DNA of 64,000 nt, from assembly GCA_963809895.1 (NCBI GenBank), contig CAWELD010000010.1, positions 544,001 through 608,000 of the forward strand. Direction: 5' to 3'. This document shows positions 38,499 to 50,069 of the stretch, piece by piece. Below the pieces are notes generated by a model. It did not search any database, had not been told where the DNA came from, and saw nothing but the letters and a program-made list of their open reading frames with translations. Position numbers and translations under genes: made by a program. How positions within the stretch are numbered: the first letter of the stretch is position 1; each line of letters starts with the position of its first letter. The stretch comes from an uncultured Gemmatimonadales bacterium (GTDB taxonomy: Bacteria; Gemmatimonadota; Gemmatimonadetes; Longimicrobiales; Gaopeijiaceae).

Positions 38499-40932
38499 TC
38501 AGCTTCCGGGATCCAGAATCTGGTCGATACGTGCGATGGCGTCGCGGTAGTGCAGACGGGTCGCCCGGTCCGGCGCCCGCCCAACCGCCTGCTGCAGCTC
38601 GGTTCTGAGCGTGACGAGCTGACCGCGCACGTAGGGCGCGATGTCGGTCTGCCGGGCGTCCTCGTCCTCCATGAGCTCGCCCATGCGGTCCAGGTAGGCC
38701 CGCTGCAGATTTCGGCGGTACGCGTCGGTGGCCCGGCCCGCCGAGGCCTCGGACCAGATGCCGTGGCGCAGGTCGTCCATCATCTCGCCCAGCGTGTAGG
38801 CGTCGTCACCGTGGAAGGCCTCCTGCTCCACCAGGCGCTTCATGCGGTCCACGTTGAGCAGCCCGTTGAGGGCGTAGACTTGACGGGCGCGGATCATGTC
38901 GGGCGCGCCGGCGTCCTCGATGCGGTCCAGGATGTCCTCGTCCAGCATCCAGCTCGGTGTGGCGAAGACCTGCCGGTTCAGGTAGTCCACGGCCCGGCGC
39001 TGCATGTCTTCGGAGACCATGGCGTATTGCGGGCCGTCCTGGCCCTGGTGCTTCCGGGTGTAGACCACCCCGCCCACGTTGGTCATGACGTGGCCGATGT
39101 AGCGATTCCACTGACCCACCACGTTCTGGTAGAGCTCCTGGAGCTGCGAATAGTCCTCGCCCTCCTGGAACGTCCAGTCCTGAAGGCTGGCGGTGATCCG
39201 TTTCAGGTTCTCGATGCCGAAATCCGACGCGCGCATGGCATCGTCGCCGATGGCTTCGGTGAGGGCCGTGGGATCGGAGCCGTTGGGGCTGGAGAACCGG
39301 TAGATGGGATCGTCCTGCATCTCCACCACCTCGGCGTTCAGCTCCGCCCGCTCCGCGTCGGGTGAGGCGGCGTCCAGGAGCGGCTTGTAGCCCCACTCGA
39401 TGGCGAACTTGTCGTAGGGACCGATGGCCGGCAGGAAGCAGGTGTCGTCACCAGGCTGCGCCACGTAGTTGAAGCGGGCGTAGTCCATGATGGAGGGTGC
39501 CACGCCCATGCGGCAGGCGAAGTCGGTGCGCAGCGAGTCCACGGGATACGCGGCCGACGCCTGCATGTTGTGCTGGAGCCCCAGCGTGTGCCCCACCTCG
39601 TGCGACGACACGAAGCGGATGAGCTGCCCCATGACCTCGGTATCGAACTCCACCTGCGCGCGCTTCGGGGTTCGCCGCCGCCGTCTGGATGAAGTACCAG
39701 TTGCGGACGAGGTTCATGACGTTGTGGTACCACTGGATGTCGCTCTCCAGGATCTGCCCCGTGCGCGGATCGCTCACGTGGGGACCGGAGGCGTTCTGCA
39801 CGTCGGACGCCAGGTAGCGGATCACCGAATAGCGCGCGTCTTCCGGCGCCCACTCGGGGTCTTCCTCGGGGGTGGGCGCGTCGCGGGCCACGATGGCGTT
39901 GCTGAAGCCGGCTTCCTCGAAGGCCGCCTGCCAGTCCTCGACCCCCTGCTTCAGATAGGGACGCCACTTCTCCGGCGTGGCCGGATCGATGTAGTAGACG
40001 ATGGGCTGCACCGGGTCCACCAGCTCGCCCCGGCGGAAGGCCGCCGTGTCGCTGGGCTCCAGGCGCCAGCGCGTGATGTAGCAGCGCTCCTCGGCCTTCT
40101 GGGCCGGGAGGCCGTAGTCTACCTGGGACACGCTGAAGTACCCAACCCGCTCGTCGCACAACCTGGGGGTCATGGGATCGTCGGGCAGGAGCACCATGGA
40201 GTGGTGCATCTCGGCCGACACCGTGTTGGCCGATGCGTTGCTCGGCGGGCTGGTGGCCTCGTAGGTCAGCACCCGCCGCACCTCCACGTTGGTCGGGAAG
40301 CTGTGGGCCCACTCCACGAAGGTGCGGCTCCCGTCCACACGTCGGACGCCGTACTGGTCGCGCCGGAACTTGGGTAGCCCCAGGAGCGGGACGTCTTCGG
40401 TGAAGAGCGGGGTCACCTCGATGACCACCGCCGACGAGTCGGGCGACAGCGCCTCGATGTCGAAGGAGCGGATGACGGGCTCGAAGTTGGACGCCTTCAC
40501 GGCCCGGGAGATGGGCAACGAGTCGGCCGCCACGTTCTCGTAGCTCACCAGCCGCAGGAGCACCCGATCCTCGCGTCGCTGCCAGCGCACCACCGACGTG
40601 TTCACCTTGGATCCGCCGTATCCGGCGTCTTCGGGAGCACTGGCGAGACGCGTCAGCAGGAGCATCTCCCGATCGAGCTGGTTCAGGGGGATCTCGTAGT
40701 AGAGCTTCTCTCCCACCATGTGGACGTCGAACAGACCCTCGTCCGTGGTGGCCTTGTCCGTGATCACCTCGGAGTAGGGCTTCATGCCCTCCTCCTCCTG
40801 GTCGCCCCGCGACCTCGCTTGCTGCCCGGCGTTGGCCGGGGCGGGGGTGGAGGGTGCCGCCTGACCCGACGAGCAGCCCGCCAGGGCCGCCGCCAGGAAC
40901 AGCAGGGTTGTGGAAAGCACGCCGCGTCGCAT
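38499..40932 (-). CDS. Zn-dependent metalloprotease lipoprotein (DUF5118/DUF5117/DUF4953 type), with a frameshift near 39655
   Basis: Lipobox LAGC; YITRWRLEP and DPRTGQILESDI in one frame; HEVGHTLGLQHN and SIMDY in the second frame. Confidence 0.88.
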
Positions 40933-41139
40933 GATCGTCTTCCTCCCGGTACCGGGCTCGTCGTGATCGCTGGGCCACCGGCTGGCGGCCACGGCACACA
41001 ATTCCCGCGGCCGGCGCCGGGCGCAAGGCGCGGCGGCGTCGGAGCCCACGAGCCCGCGACCTTGTGGGGGCCGGGGTCACCGGGATAGGGTGAGCGTCCC
41101 GCACAGGTCTCCCGCACGGACAGGTCCCGCGGAGCGCGC

Positions 41140-43374
41140 ATGCCCCAGCCCAACGCCAGGCCCCGCTCGACTCCACCCGGCGCCGCGCCCGTAGCACCCG
41201 GACGCCCTGGCGGGCTCGGCACCTTCGGAGGGGTCTTCACGCCGTCGATGCTGACCATCCTCGGCGTGATCATGTACCTGCGCTTCGGGTGGGTCGTGGG
41301 CAACGTGGGGCTGGTGGGCACGCTGACCATCGTCACCCTGTCCACCTCCATCACCTTCCTCACCGCCCTCTCCGTGGCCGCCATCGCCACCGACCAGCGC
41401 GTCAGGATCGGTGGCGCGTACTACATGATCAGCCGGTCGCTGGGGATCGAGACCGGTGGCGCCGTGGGCATTCCCCTGTTCCTGGCCCAGGGACTGTCGG
41501 TGGCGCTCTACACGGTGGGCTTCGCCGAGAGCATCACCGACGCCTTTCCCGGGGTGGACGAGCGCCTGGTGGGGATCATCACCACCGTCGCCATCGCCGG
41601 GCTGGCCCTCTACTCGGCCCGGGTGGCCATCCGGAGCCAGTACTTCATCATGGCGGCCATCGCGCTGTCGCTGGTGTCGCTCCTGTTCGGGCACGCCATC
41701 GAGCCGTCGAGCATCGAGATGTTCGGCGCGCGGCCCGAGCGCTCCGAGTCGTTCTGGGTGGTGTTCGCGGTCTTCTTCCCGGCCGTCACCGGCATCATGG
41801 CCGGGGTCAACATGTCCGGCGACCTGGCCAACCCCGGGCGTTCGATTCCCCGCGGCACCTTCGCGGCCATCGGCGTCGGCTACGTCATCTACATGGGATT
41901 GCCGGTGATCCTGGCCATGCGGGCCGATGCGGTGACGCTCATCGAGGACCCGCTCATCATGCGGCGTATGGCGCTGTGGGGGAACGCCATTCTGGTCGGG
42001 GTGTGGGGCGCCACGCTGTCGTCGGCGCTGGGGAGCATTCTGGGGGCGCCCCGCGTGCTGCAGGCATTGGCGAGGGACGGCGTGCTGCCCCGACCTCTGC
42101 GTTGGCTCGGCAAGGGGAGCGGGCCCGAGGACACTCCGCGGGCCGGGACGCTGGTGACGCTGGCCCTGGCACTGGTGGCGGTGTGGTACGGCGATCTCAA
42201 CCTGATCGCGCCGGTCCTCACCATGTTCTTCCTCACCACGTACGGTGTGCTCAACGTGGCCGCCGGCGTGGAGCGCTTCCTGGGCAGCCCCTCGTTCCGG
42301 CCGCGCTTCCGGGTGCACTGGTTCCTGTCGCTGCTGGGCGCGGTGGGATGCGTGGCGGTCATGTTCCTGGTGAACGCCGCCGCCACCGTGGTGGCCGCCA
42401 TCTTCGTGCTGCTCATCTTCGTGTGGCTCGAGCGGCAGGGGCTGGAGGCCACCTGGGGCGACGTGCGCCGGGGCCTGTGGATGGCGCTCACCCGCTCCGG
42501 CCTCCTGCGTCTTCGGAGTGGCACGGATCCGCGCAACTGGCGGCCGCATTTCCTGGTGCTCTCGGGGGCGCCCACCAAGCGCTGGCACCTCATCGAGCTG
42601 GCCAACGCCTTCAGCCACGGGCGTGGGCTGCTGAGCGTGGCCACCGTGGTGCCACCGGAGGGCATGGTGTCGGAGAAGCGGCGCCAGACCATGGAGAACC
42701 GGGTGCAGGACTACATGGCCAAGCGCGGCGTGCACGGCCTGGTGCGGGTCATGACCGCGCCGGATGCCTTCGTGGGTGCCGAGCGACTGGTGCAGGCGTA
42801 CGGTCTCGGTGCGCTGGTGCCCAACACCATCCTGCTGGGCGACAGCGAGCGCGACGAGCTCCGTCCCCGCTATTGTTCAATGGTCGAGCACTTCTACGAT
42901 GCGCGCCGCAACGTGGTCATCGTGCGGGGCGGTGAGAACCACGGCTTCGGCCTGCGGCAGCGCGTGGACATCTGGTGGGGCGGTCTGCAGGGCAACGGCG
43001 CGCTGCTCCTGATCCTGGGCTATCTGCTCCGCAACAGCATCGCGTGGCAGAACGCCGAGGTGCGCATGAAGATGGTCGTGCCCGACGAGTCCGCGCAGGA
43101 GCAGAGCCTGGAGCGGCTCACCGAGTTGGTGGAGATGACCCGCACCGGGGTCACGCCCGAAGTGCTGGCGGCCGAGGGCCGGCCCTTCGACGACATCCTG
43201 CACGACAGCTCGACGGGGGCCGATCTGGTGCTCATGGGGATGGCCGAGCCCGATGGGGACTTCCTGCAGTACTTCACCGAGCTCCGCGAGCGGACCACCG
43301 GGCTCCCACCCACGGTCTTCGTGCTCGCCGCCGAGGAGATCGCCTTCCGCGAGGTCCTGCTCAGGGGGGAGTGA
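41140..43374 (+). CDS. Cation-chloride cotransporter (SLC12-like, APC superfamily)
   Basis: GVFTPSMLTILGVIMYLR, GGAYYMISRSLG, FFPAVTGIMAG and NWRP. Confidence 0.9.
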   Translation: MPQPNARPRSTPPGAAPVAPGRPGGLGTFGGVFTPSMLTILGVIMYLRFGWVVGNVGLVGTLTIVTLSTSITFLTALSVAAIATDQRVRIGGAYYMISRSLGIETGGAVGIPLFLAQGLSVALYTVGFAESITDAFPGVDERLVGIITTVAIAGLALYSARVAIRSQYFIMAAIALSLVSLLFGHAIEPSSIEMFGARPERSESFWVVFAVFFPAVTGIMAGVNMSGDLANPGRSIPRGTFAAIGVGYVIYMGLPVILAMRADAVTLIEDPLIMRRMALWGNAILVGVWGATLSSALGSILGAPRVLQALARDGVLPRPLRWLGKGSGPEDTPRAGTLVTLALALVAVWYGDLNLIAPVLTMFFLTTYGVLNVAAGVERFLGSPSFRPRFRVHWFLSLLGAVGCVAVMFLVNAAATVVAAIFVLLIFVWLERQGLEATWGDVRRGLWMALTRSGLLRLRSGTDPRNWRPHFLVLSGAPTKRWHLIELANAFSHGRGLLSVATVVPPEGMVSEKRRQTMENRVQDYMAKRGVHGLVRVMTAPDAFVGAERLVQAYGLGALVPNTILLGDSERDELRPRYCSMVEHFYDARRNVVIVRGGENHGFGLRQRVDIWWGGLQGNGALLLILGYLLRNSIAWQNAEVRMKMVVPDESAQEQSLERLTELVEMTRTGVTPEVLAAEGRPFDDILHDSSTGADLVLMGMAEPDGDFLQYFTELRERTTGLPPTVFVLAAEEIAFREVLLRGE

Positions 43375-43560
43375 GGGCGTCCAGGGGGACTTCGCCCAGG
43401 CGCCGGATCAGCCGGTTGCGTTCCTTTCCCATGGAGACGAGGATGGCCGGGTGCGAGCGGGAGCGCCAGCCTCGGAGGAGCGATGCCGGGGTCGCGCCCG
43501 GCGGGGCCTCGGCGGCTTCGCCTTGATGCTCGCGCGCCCGACCCACGTCGTCCCGAGCCC

Positions 43561-46285
43561 ATGACCCAGCCCACATCAACCCCGTTCGTCGGCGAGGACC
43601 GCCAGCGACTGCTGGAGGAGCTCCAGCAGGTGTGGGACGAGGTGAAGGGTGGGGAAGGGGCGCGCCTGGTGACGCTGGCGGCGCCCACCGGGTGGGGAAA
43701 GACCCGGGTCATCCAGGAGCTCTACGGGCGGTTGGTATCCGAAGGTGGTGGCGGTTACTGGCCTGCATCGATGCAGGTTCCCGACACGTCCTGGCTGCAA
43801 GCACGCAAGCGCGTCTTTCCGCCGCCGTTCGACGTGCGCGAGGGAACCACGATCCCGTTCCTGTGGCTGGGGGTGAGCTGCCAGAAGGATCAGATGGGTC
43901 GGCGACTGGCAGCCCTCCAGTATGCCGAAGAGCAGTTCCAGGCCCACGTGGGCCCCATGGCTCGGGCGCTGGCCGAGCGGGGGGAGCGCTGGAAGGCGAG
44001 GCTGGGGGCCGTGGGCGCCGTGGCGGGCCTGTTCGGACTCCCCGACCCGGTGCAGATGGCCATGACCTGGCACGGCATCGCCCGCTCTACGTGGGACCTC
44101 GTCAGCGGCGAGTGGTCGGTCTTCCAGAGCCGCCGTCGGGGGCACGCCGCCCGCCACGTCGACACCGAAGGGCTGGAGTCCGCAGCGGAACGGGCTCGGG
44201 AGCTCGGCGAGCAGCTCGGCGAAGCTGAGCGGTGAGGATCTGCCGGTGGTGCTGGTGGTGGACGACGCCCACTGGGCCGACCCGGGAACGGTGGCGTTCC
44301 TGGACACGCTCCTGGGCGGTACCGGCCATGTGCTCGTGCTGGCCACCGCGTGGCCCGATCAGCTCGCGGTTCAGGCGAGCGAGCCTGGGACCTTCGGTGC
44401 CGCGATGTCCGCGTGGGCGGAGGCCGGTATCGCTCGCCGCATCGATCTCGCACCCCTGCCGGATCCCTCACTGGAGATGCTGGTGCGTGCCCGGGCGCCG
44501 GATCCGGACCAGGTGGAGCCGCAGGTGGTGGCCGCGCTGTGCCGGCGGGCCGGCGGTAATCCCAATCGCCTGGAGGGATTGCTGTCACTCCGGGTCGTGC
44601 GCCGCGCACTGGCGTCGGGTGCCGCGGGTGGAGGGCTCACCGACGAGGAGATCCAGTCGCTGCCTACCGGCGACCGGGAGATCTATCAGGCCATCTGGCG
44701 GGAGCTGCCCGAAGGCGTCCAGGAGGCGCTGGCCCTGACCACCGTGCAGGGGCCGCGCTTCAATCCCCAATGGATCCCGGCGGCCGCGGAGCTCCTGGAC
44801 CTGACCGGCGCCGAGGCCGGGCTGGCCGCGGCGCGGGCTCCGTGGGGCTGGGTGCGCTCGCTGGACGCGGCCCTGGACGCCTTCGTGGAGGCGGGCCTCT
44901 TCGAGCGGGCCCGAGAGGAGGCCGCCAACCTCTTCCTGCCGCGGGAGCTGAAAGAGGCCCGCGCTGCCATGTTGGCGTGGGCGGTGGCCCGCAAGCAGCA
45001 GGACGATTGGTCCGCGCTCTCCACGTCCGCACGCCGAGCGGTTCTGGAGGCGCACGTCACGGCGCTGGAAGACGGCCTGGTGGAGGTGGACGAAAACGTG
45101 TTGGACTCGGTGGATCAGCTCACGCAGCTCATGTCGGAGGGCTACGAGTTGGAGGCACTGACCGCGCTCGCGCGGCGGGGCAGCGCGTGGGCCGAAGACC
45201 GGCCCGCTCTCCGCGGATTCTGGTGGCGGTTCCGGCTCCGGGAAGCCATGGCCATGGGCGAGTCGGGGCGGACCGAAGAAGCGCTGGAGCGCACGGCCGC
45301 GCTGCTGGCCGAAGTCGAGGAGGAAGCAGATGAGGGTCCGGTGGAGGTGCAGGCGATCCGCCGGCTGCGGGCTCATTGGCTCATGGAATCCGGGCGCCTC
45401 ACCGAGGCCCGGGCGGAGCTCGAGGACCTGCTGGCCACCTGGCTGGAAGAGCGGGGTCCGGACCACGTGCTGACCCTCGAAGCCCGGGCCCGGATCGCCA
45501 CCTGTCTACGGCAGGAGGGCAAGGTCCCCGAGGCCCTGGAGCGGCTGGAAGACATCGTGGACGATTCGGTGCGCGTGCTGGGTCCCGATGCCCACGATAC
45601 ACTGCTGCGGCGCCACGAGCTGGCGGTGGCGCTCATGGATGCGGGCCGCATGGATGAGGCGCTCGGATCGCTCCGCTCGCTGCTGGCCAGCCGCTTGCGA
45701 CTCTCGGGCGCCGACGCGTTCGAAACCCTGAACGTGCGGCGAAGTCTGGATGCATGTCTGCTCGGGCTGGCGCGTTGGGACGACGCAGTAGAGGCGCTGC
45801 GCGCGTCGGTCGACGACCATCGGCGCGTCATGGGGCCGGATCATCCCGCCACGCTCCGCGCGCTCGGACACCTGGCCCAGGCGCTCACGGGCAGCGGCGC
45901 GGTGGGCGAAGCCCTACAGGTGCAACTGCACCTCGCAGAGGAGAGGGCACGGGTCCAGGGTCCGGATCATCCCAACACCCTCATCGCTCGCCACAACCTC
46001 GCCTCGACCCTGGTGCGCGCCGGCGAGCTCGATGCGGCGATCAAGCTGTTCAAGGCGGTCCTGTCCCAGCGCCACCACCTGTTCGGCGCCGAACATCCCG
46101 ACACCATGGCCACCATGAACAACCTGGCCATCTGCTATCTACGGTCCGGCAAGCGCGCCGAGGCCGGGCCGCTCCTGGAAGCCGTGCTCTCGTACCGCCT
46201 GGAGACGTTGGGCCCGGAGCATCCGCACACCGAGGCCGCCTGGCGGAACCTGAAATCGTGGGCGGCGGAGTCGGGGGATTCCTGA
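43561..46285 (+). CDS. STAND/AAA-like P-loop NTPase with C-terminal TPR repeats, split by a frameshift near 44218
   Basis: Walker A APTGWGKT; Walker B VLVVDDAHWAD; GGNP motif; GPDHPxTL-type TPRs. Confidence 0.75.
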
Positions 46286-46315
46286 GCGGACGAGCGCCCG
46301 CTACATCCATTCGCT

Positions 46316-47863
46316 TCAATCCTCCAGCTCACCAAGGCGTGCGTCCACGTCGCGGAGCACCGCCTCGAGTGCCTCCTGACTGATCACGCCGCGGTGGTAG
46401 GCGTCCAGCACGTGCTCCTTCTCCACCAACATCAGGTGTCGAGAAGCGCGACGGGCTTCCTCCTCACGGAGCACGGCGCGCTCCATCTGCATGCCACCCA
46501 TGGCCTCCTCCGCCGCTTGCACGCGCTCCTCATAGCGCTCTTGAAGCTGCGCGAGCACGTCAGGATGCACGTGCCTCTTGTCACGCATCTCTCTGAGTTC
46601 GCCCAGGGCAGCCACCGCCGCCTGCAAGCCACCGCGCGCCACCTCGTACTGCACGCGCTCTTTCAACGGGTTGCCGATGCCCAGTTTGCTGAGCAAGGGC
46701 GCCATGGTGAGGCCGTTGACGAGGATGGTCAGCACCACCACGCCGAAGGTGATGGTCACGATCAACTCGCGATGTGGGGCGTCGACGACGGAGAGGCTGA
46801 GGGCGAGCACCATGGAGATGCCGCCCCGTAGGCCGCCCCACGTGAGCGCCGCCGTCCACGCCATGGGGATACGACGTTCTCCGCGCAGCACCAGCGAAGC
46901 GAGTAGCATGACGATCGCGCGCGAGGCCATCACGGCCACGTACGCCACCAGTATGGGAAGCCACGAAACGAGCAGCGCCGTGATGCGCACCTCGAATCCG
47001 ATGAGCAGGAAGACGACCGAGTTGAGGCCGAAGGCGACGTACTCCCAGAAGCTCTCGACCGCGACGCGCGTGGACGGCGACATGCCCGTACGGGCGGCGT
47101 AGTTCCCGCACAGCATGCCGGCCACCACGGTGGCGATGACGCCGGAGGCGTGCACCTGCTCTGCGGCCACGAACGAGCCGTACGCGGCGATGGTGGTGAG
47201 CGTGATCTCGATCATCGGATCGTCGACGCGCTGGATCACGTGGCTCACCGCGAGACCCATGACTCCACCCACCAGCGCTCCCGCGCCCACGATGGCCACG
47301 AAGTCCAGGATCATCCCGGCGGGAGTCAGCACCTCTCCCGCCAGGAAGGCCAGCGTCAGCGTGAAGAAGACGACAGCGGTACCGTCGTTGAGAAGGCTCT
47401 CCCCCTCTACCAACACGGCGAGTCGTCGTGGCACGCCCAGGCTTCTGAAGAGCGCCACAACCGCGATGGGGTCCGTGGCAGCGATGAGTGAGCCGAACAC
47501 CAGGGCGTCGCGCCAGCCGAACTCGCTCTGCAGATCGAGCACCGCGGTGGCGGGCACCAGCAGAAGCACCGTGAGCGCGATGGCGGCCATCACACCCGGT
47601 ACCGCCAGGGCTGCGATGGGCACTCGATTGCGCCAGAACTCCCGGAACTGGAGGTGGTACGCCGCCTCGAACAGGAGCCCCGGGAGGAAAAGGGCGAAGA
47701 GCAGCTCCTTGGTCAGGTGAGGCGGGCTCAGCACCTCCAGCCACCCCAGCACCAGCCCGGCGATGACCAGGGCCACCGTGTAGGGTATGCGCAACCGCCT
47801 CGCGGCGACGGCCACCGTGGTCGCGACCACGAACAGCAGGATGAACACGGTCTCGGTCTGCAT
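46316..47863 (-). CDS. Na+/H+ antiporter (CPA1 family)
   Basis: ATDPIAV, EGESLLNDG and WGGLRG. Confidence 0.92.
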   Translation of the reverse strand: MQTETVFILLFVVATTVAVAARRLRIPYTVALVIAGLVLGWLEVLSPPHLTKELLFALFLPGLLFEAAYHLQFREFWRNRVPIAALAVPGVMAAIALTVLLLVPATAVLDLQSEFGWRDALVFGSLIAATDPIAVVALFRSLGVPRRLAVLVEGESLLNDGTAVVFFTLTLAFLAGEVLTPAGMILDFVAIVGAGALVGGVMGLAVSHVIQRVDDPMIEITLTTIAAYGSFVAAEQVHASGVIATVVAGMLCGNYAARTGMSPSTRVAVESFWEYVAFGLNSVVFLLIGFEVRITALLVSWLPILVAYVAVMASRAIVMLLASLVLRGERRIPMAWTAALTWGGLRGGISMVLALSLSVVDAPHRELIVTITFGVVVLTILVNGLTMAPLLSKLGIGNPLKERVQYEVARGGLQAAVAALGELREMRDKRHVHPDVLAQLQERYEERVQAAEEAMGGMQMERAVLREEEARRASRHLMLVEKEHVLDAYHRGVISQEALEAVLRDVDARLGELED

Positions 47864-47910
47864 GGTGGTGAAGATAGGACCGTGCGCGCTGGAGGGGGAT
47901 CTCCAGCTTC

Positions 47911-48633
47911 CTACTTCATGGCATCGAGGTTGGCCACGATGCGCCGGGCCAGGTCCTGGGCCAGGCCGGGATCCAGCACGTCTTCACCGTCGGTCTTACC
48001 CGTGAACCACACGGTCACGTTGCCGTAGCGGACGCGCACGGAGCCACGGCCGTCCATGGCCGATCCGCTGCCGATGTCGGGCCAGCGCTCGTGGCCCACG
48101 TCTTCTTCGGGCATGGCGTCGACCAGGGCACCGGCCACGGCTTCGTCGGACTCGCTCATCTCGCCCTGCTCGCGCTCGTCGGCCAATTCCTCGCGCACCT
48201 GCTGCTTGGCCTCACCCACCTCCTGGGCGGTGGCGTCTTCGGTGAAGCGCGCAAAGTAGCTCCGGGCCGCATCCACGGATTCGTGGACCCGAACTCCGAG
48301 AACGTTGATGTTGAGGTCGGCGAACTCGTAATAGCAGCCGGAGCCGCCCAGCGAACGCCCTTCGATCTCGTCCTGCGGGGTCCCGGTGGCGGCGGCGAGG
48401 TCGGCGGGGGTCAGCACGGCACAGTCGTCGTCCTCGACGGCCTCGGTGAAGGTGGGCTCCGGCACGTCCGCCGTGGCCGACGCGCCGGGGCTATCGGCCG
48501 CGCCACCCTCGCCGCCGCCGCACGCCGCCAGTGCCAACGCGACGACGACGAGCAGTATGTGGAGGGCCGCGCCGACCGGGCTCGCCGGGGTCACGCGCGA
48601 GCCCGCGCGAAAGTGCGGCGCGCGGGCGCTCAT
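47911..48633 (-). CDS. Hypothetical lipoprotein
   Basis: Lipobox LAAC; CAVLT...GCYY Cys pair; ATGA overlap with the OmpA gene. Confidence 0.65.
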   Translation of the reverse strand: MSARAPHFRAGSRVTPASPVGAALHILLVVVALALAACGGGEGGAADSPGASATADVPEPTFTEAVEDDDCAVLTPADLAAATGTPQDEIEGRSLGGSGCYYEFADLNINVLGVRVHESVDAARSYFARFTEDATAQEVGEAKQQVREELADEREQGEMSESDEAVAGALVDAMPEEDVGHERWPDIGSGSAMDGRGSVRVRYGNVTVWFTGKTDGEDVLDPGLAQDLARRIVANLDAMK

Positions 48634-49952
48634 CCCTCCCCTCCCTGATCCAGGCGCACCAACTCGACTCGACGGTTCTTCTGCTTGCCCTCGGCGGTGT
48701 CGTTGTCGGCCACGGGCTGCGATTCGCCCATCCCCGCGGTCTCGAGGCGCTCGCCCGCAATCCCCTGAGACACCAGGTAGCTCTTCACCGACTCGGCTCG
48801 ACGTTCCGAGAGCTCCTGGTTGTAGGCTTCCTCGCCGTCGGCATCGGTGTGCCCCTCGATGCGGAGGCTCAGGTCGGGATGCTCCTGGAGGATGTCCGTG
48901 ATCTCCTCCAGCGTGGGCGTGGACTCCGGGCGGATGCGGTCCGAGTTCACCGCGAAGAGGATCCCCCGGGTCACGGCGCGTCCGTCGTCCACCAGGTCGT
49001 CGTAGAGATCGGCGCCACCGGCGGCCAGCCGGATGGGCCCGATGTAGATCGGGTTGTCGTCGTTGTTCATGTACATGTTCTCGAGGTAGAGCGTGTTGCC
49101 CCGCCTCAGCTCGGCGTTGGGCACGTTGGCCACGCGCTGTGATCCCACGTAGACCTTGGCGTAGCTGCCGTCGACCATGATGCGGATGGGCACGATCTCC
49201 TCTTCGACCTGATCGGTGCGCACCACCGACTCCACCCCGTCGCTGCGCGGAGCCTTGGCGACCCCGGTCCCTCGCATGGTGCCGACCTGGAAGAAATTGC
49301 CCTGAATGTTGCGCGAGTCGTGACCGTCGGCCGCCGGCGAGTATGTCGCCACCGCGATTCGGTGATTCGGATGCGGCATGTAGGCGTCGAACTCGAGGGT
49401 GAAGCGCTGGGGGATGTCCTCGGGGAGGGGGATCTCCACGGCGGCGTAGCGGCGGCCGGTATTGCGCAGGAAGCGGCGCCCCTCCCATTCGACGATCTCC
49501 CAGTTGCCCTTCACGAAGTTGAGCCGGCGCGGGAAGTCCCCCACGTCGTCGCGGGACCAGTCGTCGTAGAAGAGGATGTCGTCGCCGGGCACGAAGTCGT
49601 AGTTGGCCCACACGCCCTCGCCCGGGACTTCCTGGGGAGGCGCCATGGCCTCGGCCTGATCCGGATCGGTGACCGGAACGCCGTCCTCGTCGGTGATGAC
49701 CTCGCCCTCGTCGTCGACGAAGATCACGTCGTCGCCGGACTCCTTGCCTTTCTCGTAGCAGTCGGAGTCGCCCACCACGCAGCGGATGGCGTCGCGGAGC
49801 AGGTCGTCGATCTTCTTCGAGAGCTCGTTCGCCACCGTGCGCTCGGCCGAGCGCTTGATGCGGTCCACGATCTGACCCCGGGCGCCGGGGGGCGCCACCA
49901 GGGCCGGAAGCAGTGCGAGGGAGAGGGTCAGAGCCAGGGCTCGGCCGCGCAT
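48630..49952 (-). CDS. Secreted protein with a beta-sandwich middle domain and a C-terminal OmpA peptidoglycan-binding domain
   Basis: YDFVPGD, IEGHTD, NQELSERRA and KNRRVE. Confidence 0.88.
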   Translation of the reverse strand: MRGRALALTLSLALLPALVAPPGARGQIVDRIKRSAERTVANELSKKIDDLLRDAIRCVVGDSDCYEKGKESGDDVIFVDDEGEVITDEDGVPVTDPDQAEAMAPPQEVPGEGVWANYDFVPGDDILFYDDWSRDDVGDFPRRLNFVKGNWEIVEWEGRRFLRNTGRRYAAVEIPLPEDIPQRFTLEFDAYMPHPNHRIAVATYSPAADGHDSRNIQGNFFQVGTMRGTGVAKAPRSDGVESVVRTDQVEEEIVPIRIMVDGSYAKVYVGSQRVANVPNAELRRGNTLYLENMYMNNDDNPIYIGPIRLAAGGADLYDDLVDDGRAVTRGILFAVNSDRIRPESTPTLEEITDILQEHPDLSLRIEGHTDADGEEAYNQELSERRAESVKSYLVSQGIAGERLETAGMGESQPVADNDTAEGKQKNRRVELVRLDQGGEG

Positions 49953-50069
49953 GTTCGTCCTCCGGGGGTGCGGGTCGGGATGTCCGTCGCCCGCTACAGC
50001 GAGATCGGACCGGGAAGCCCGCCAGCAGGGGGCGGCGGATATCCTCCCGAAACCCCGGAACGCGCCCGG

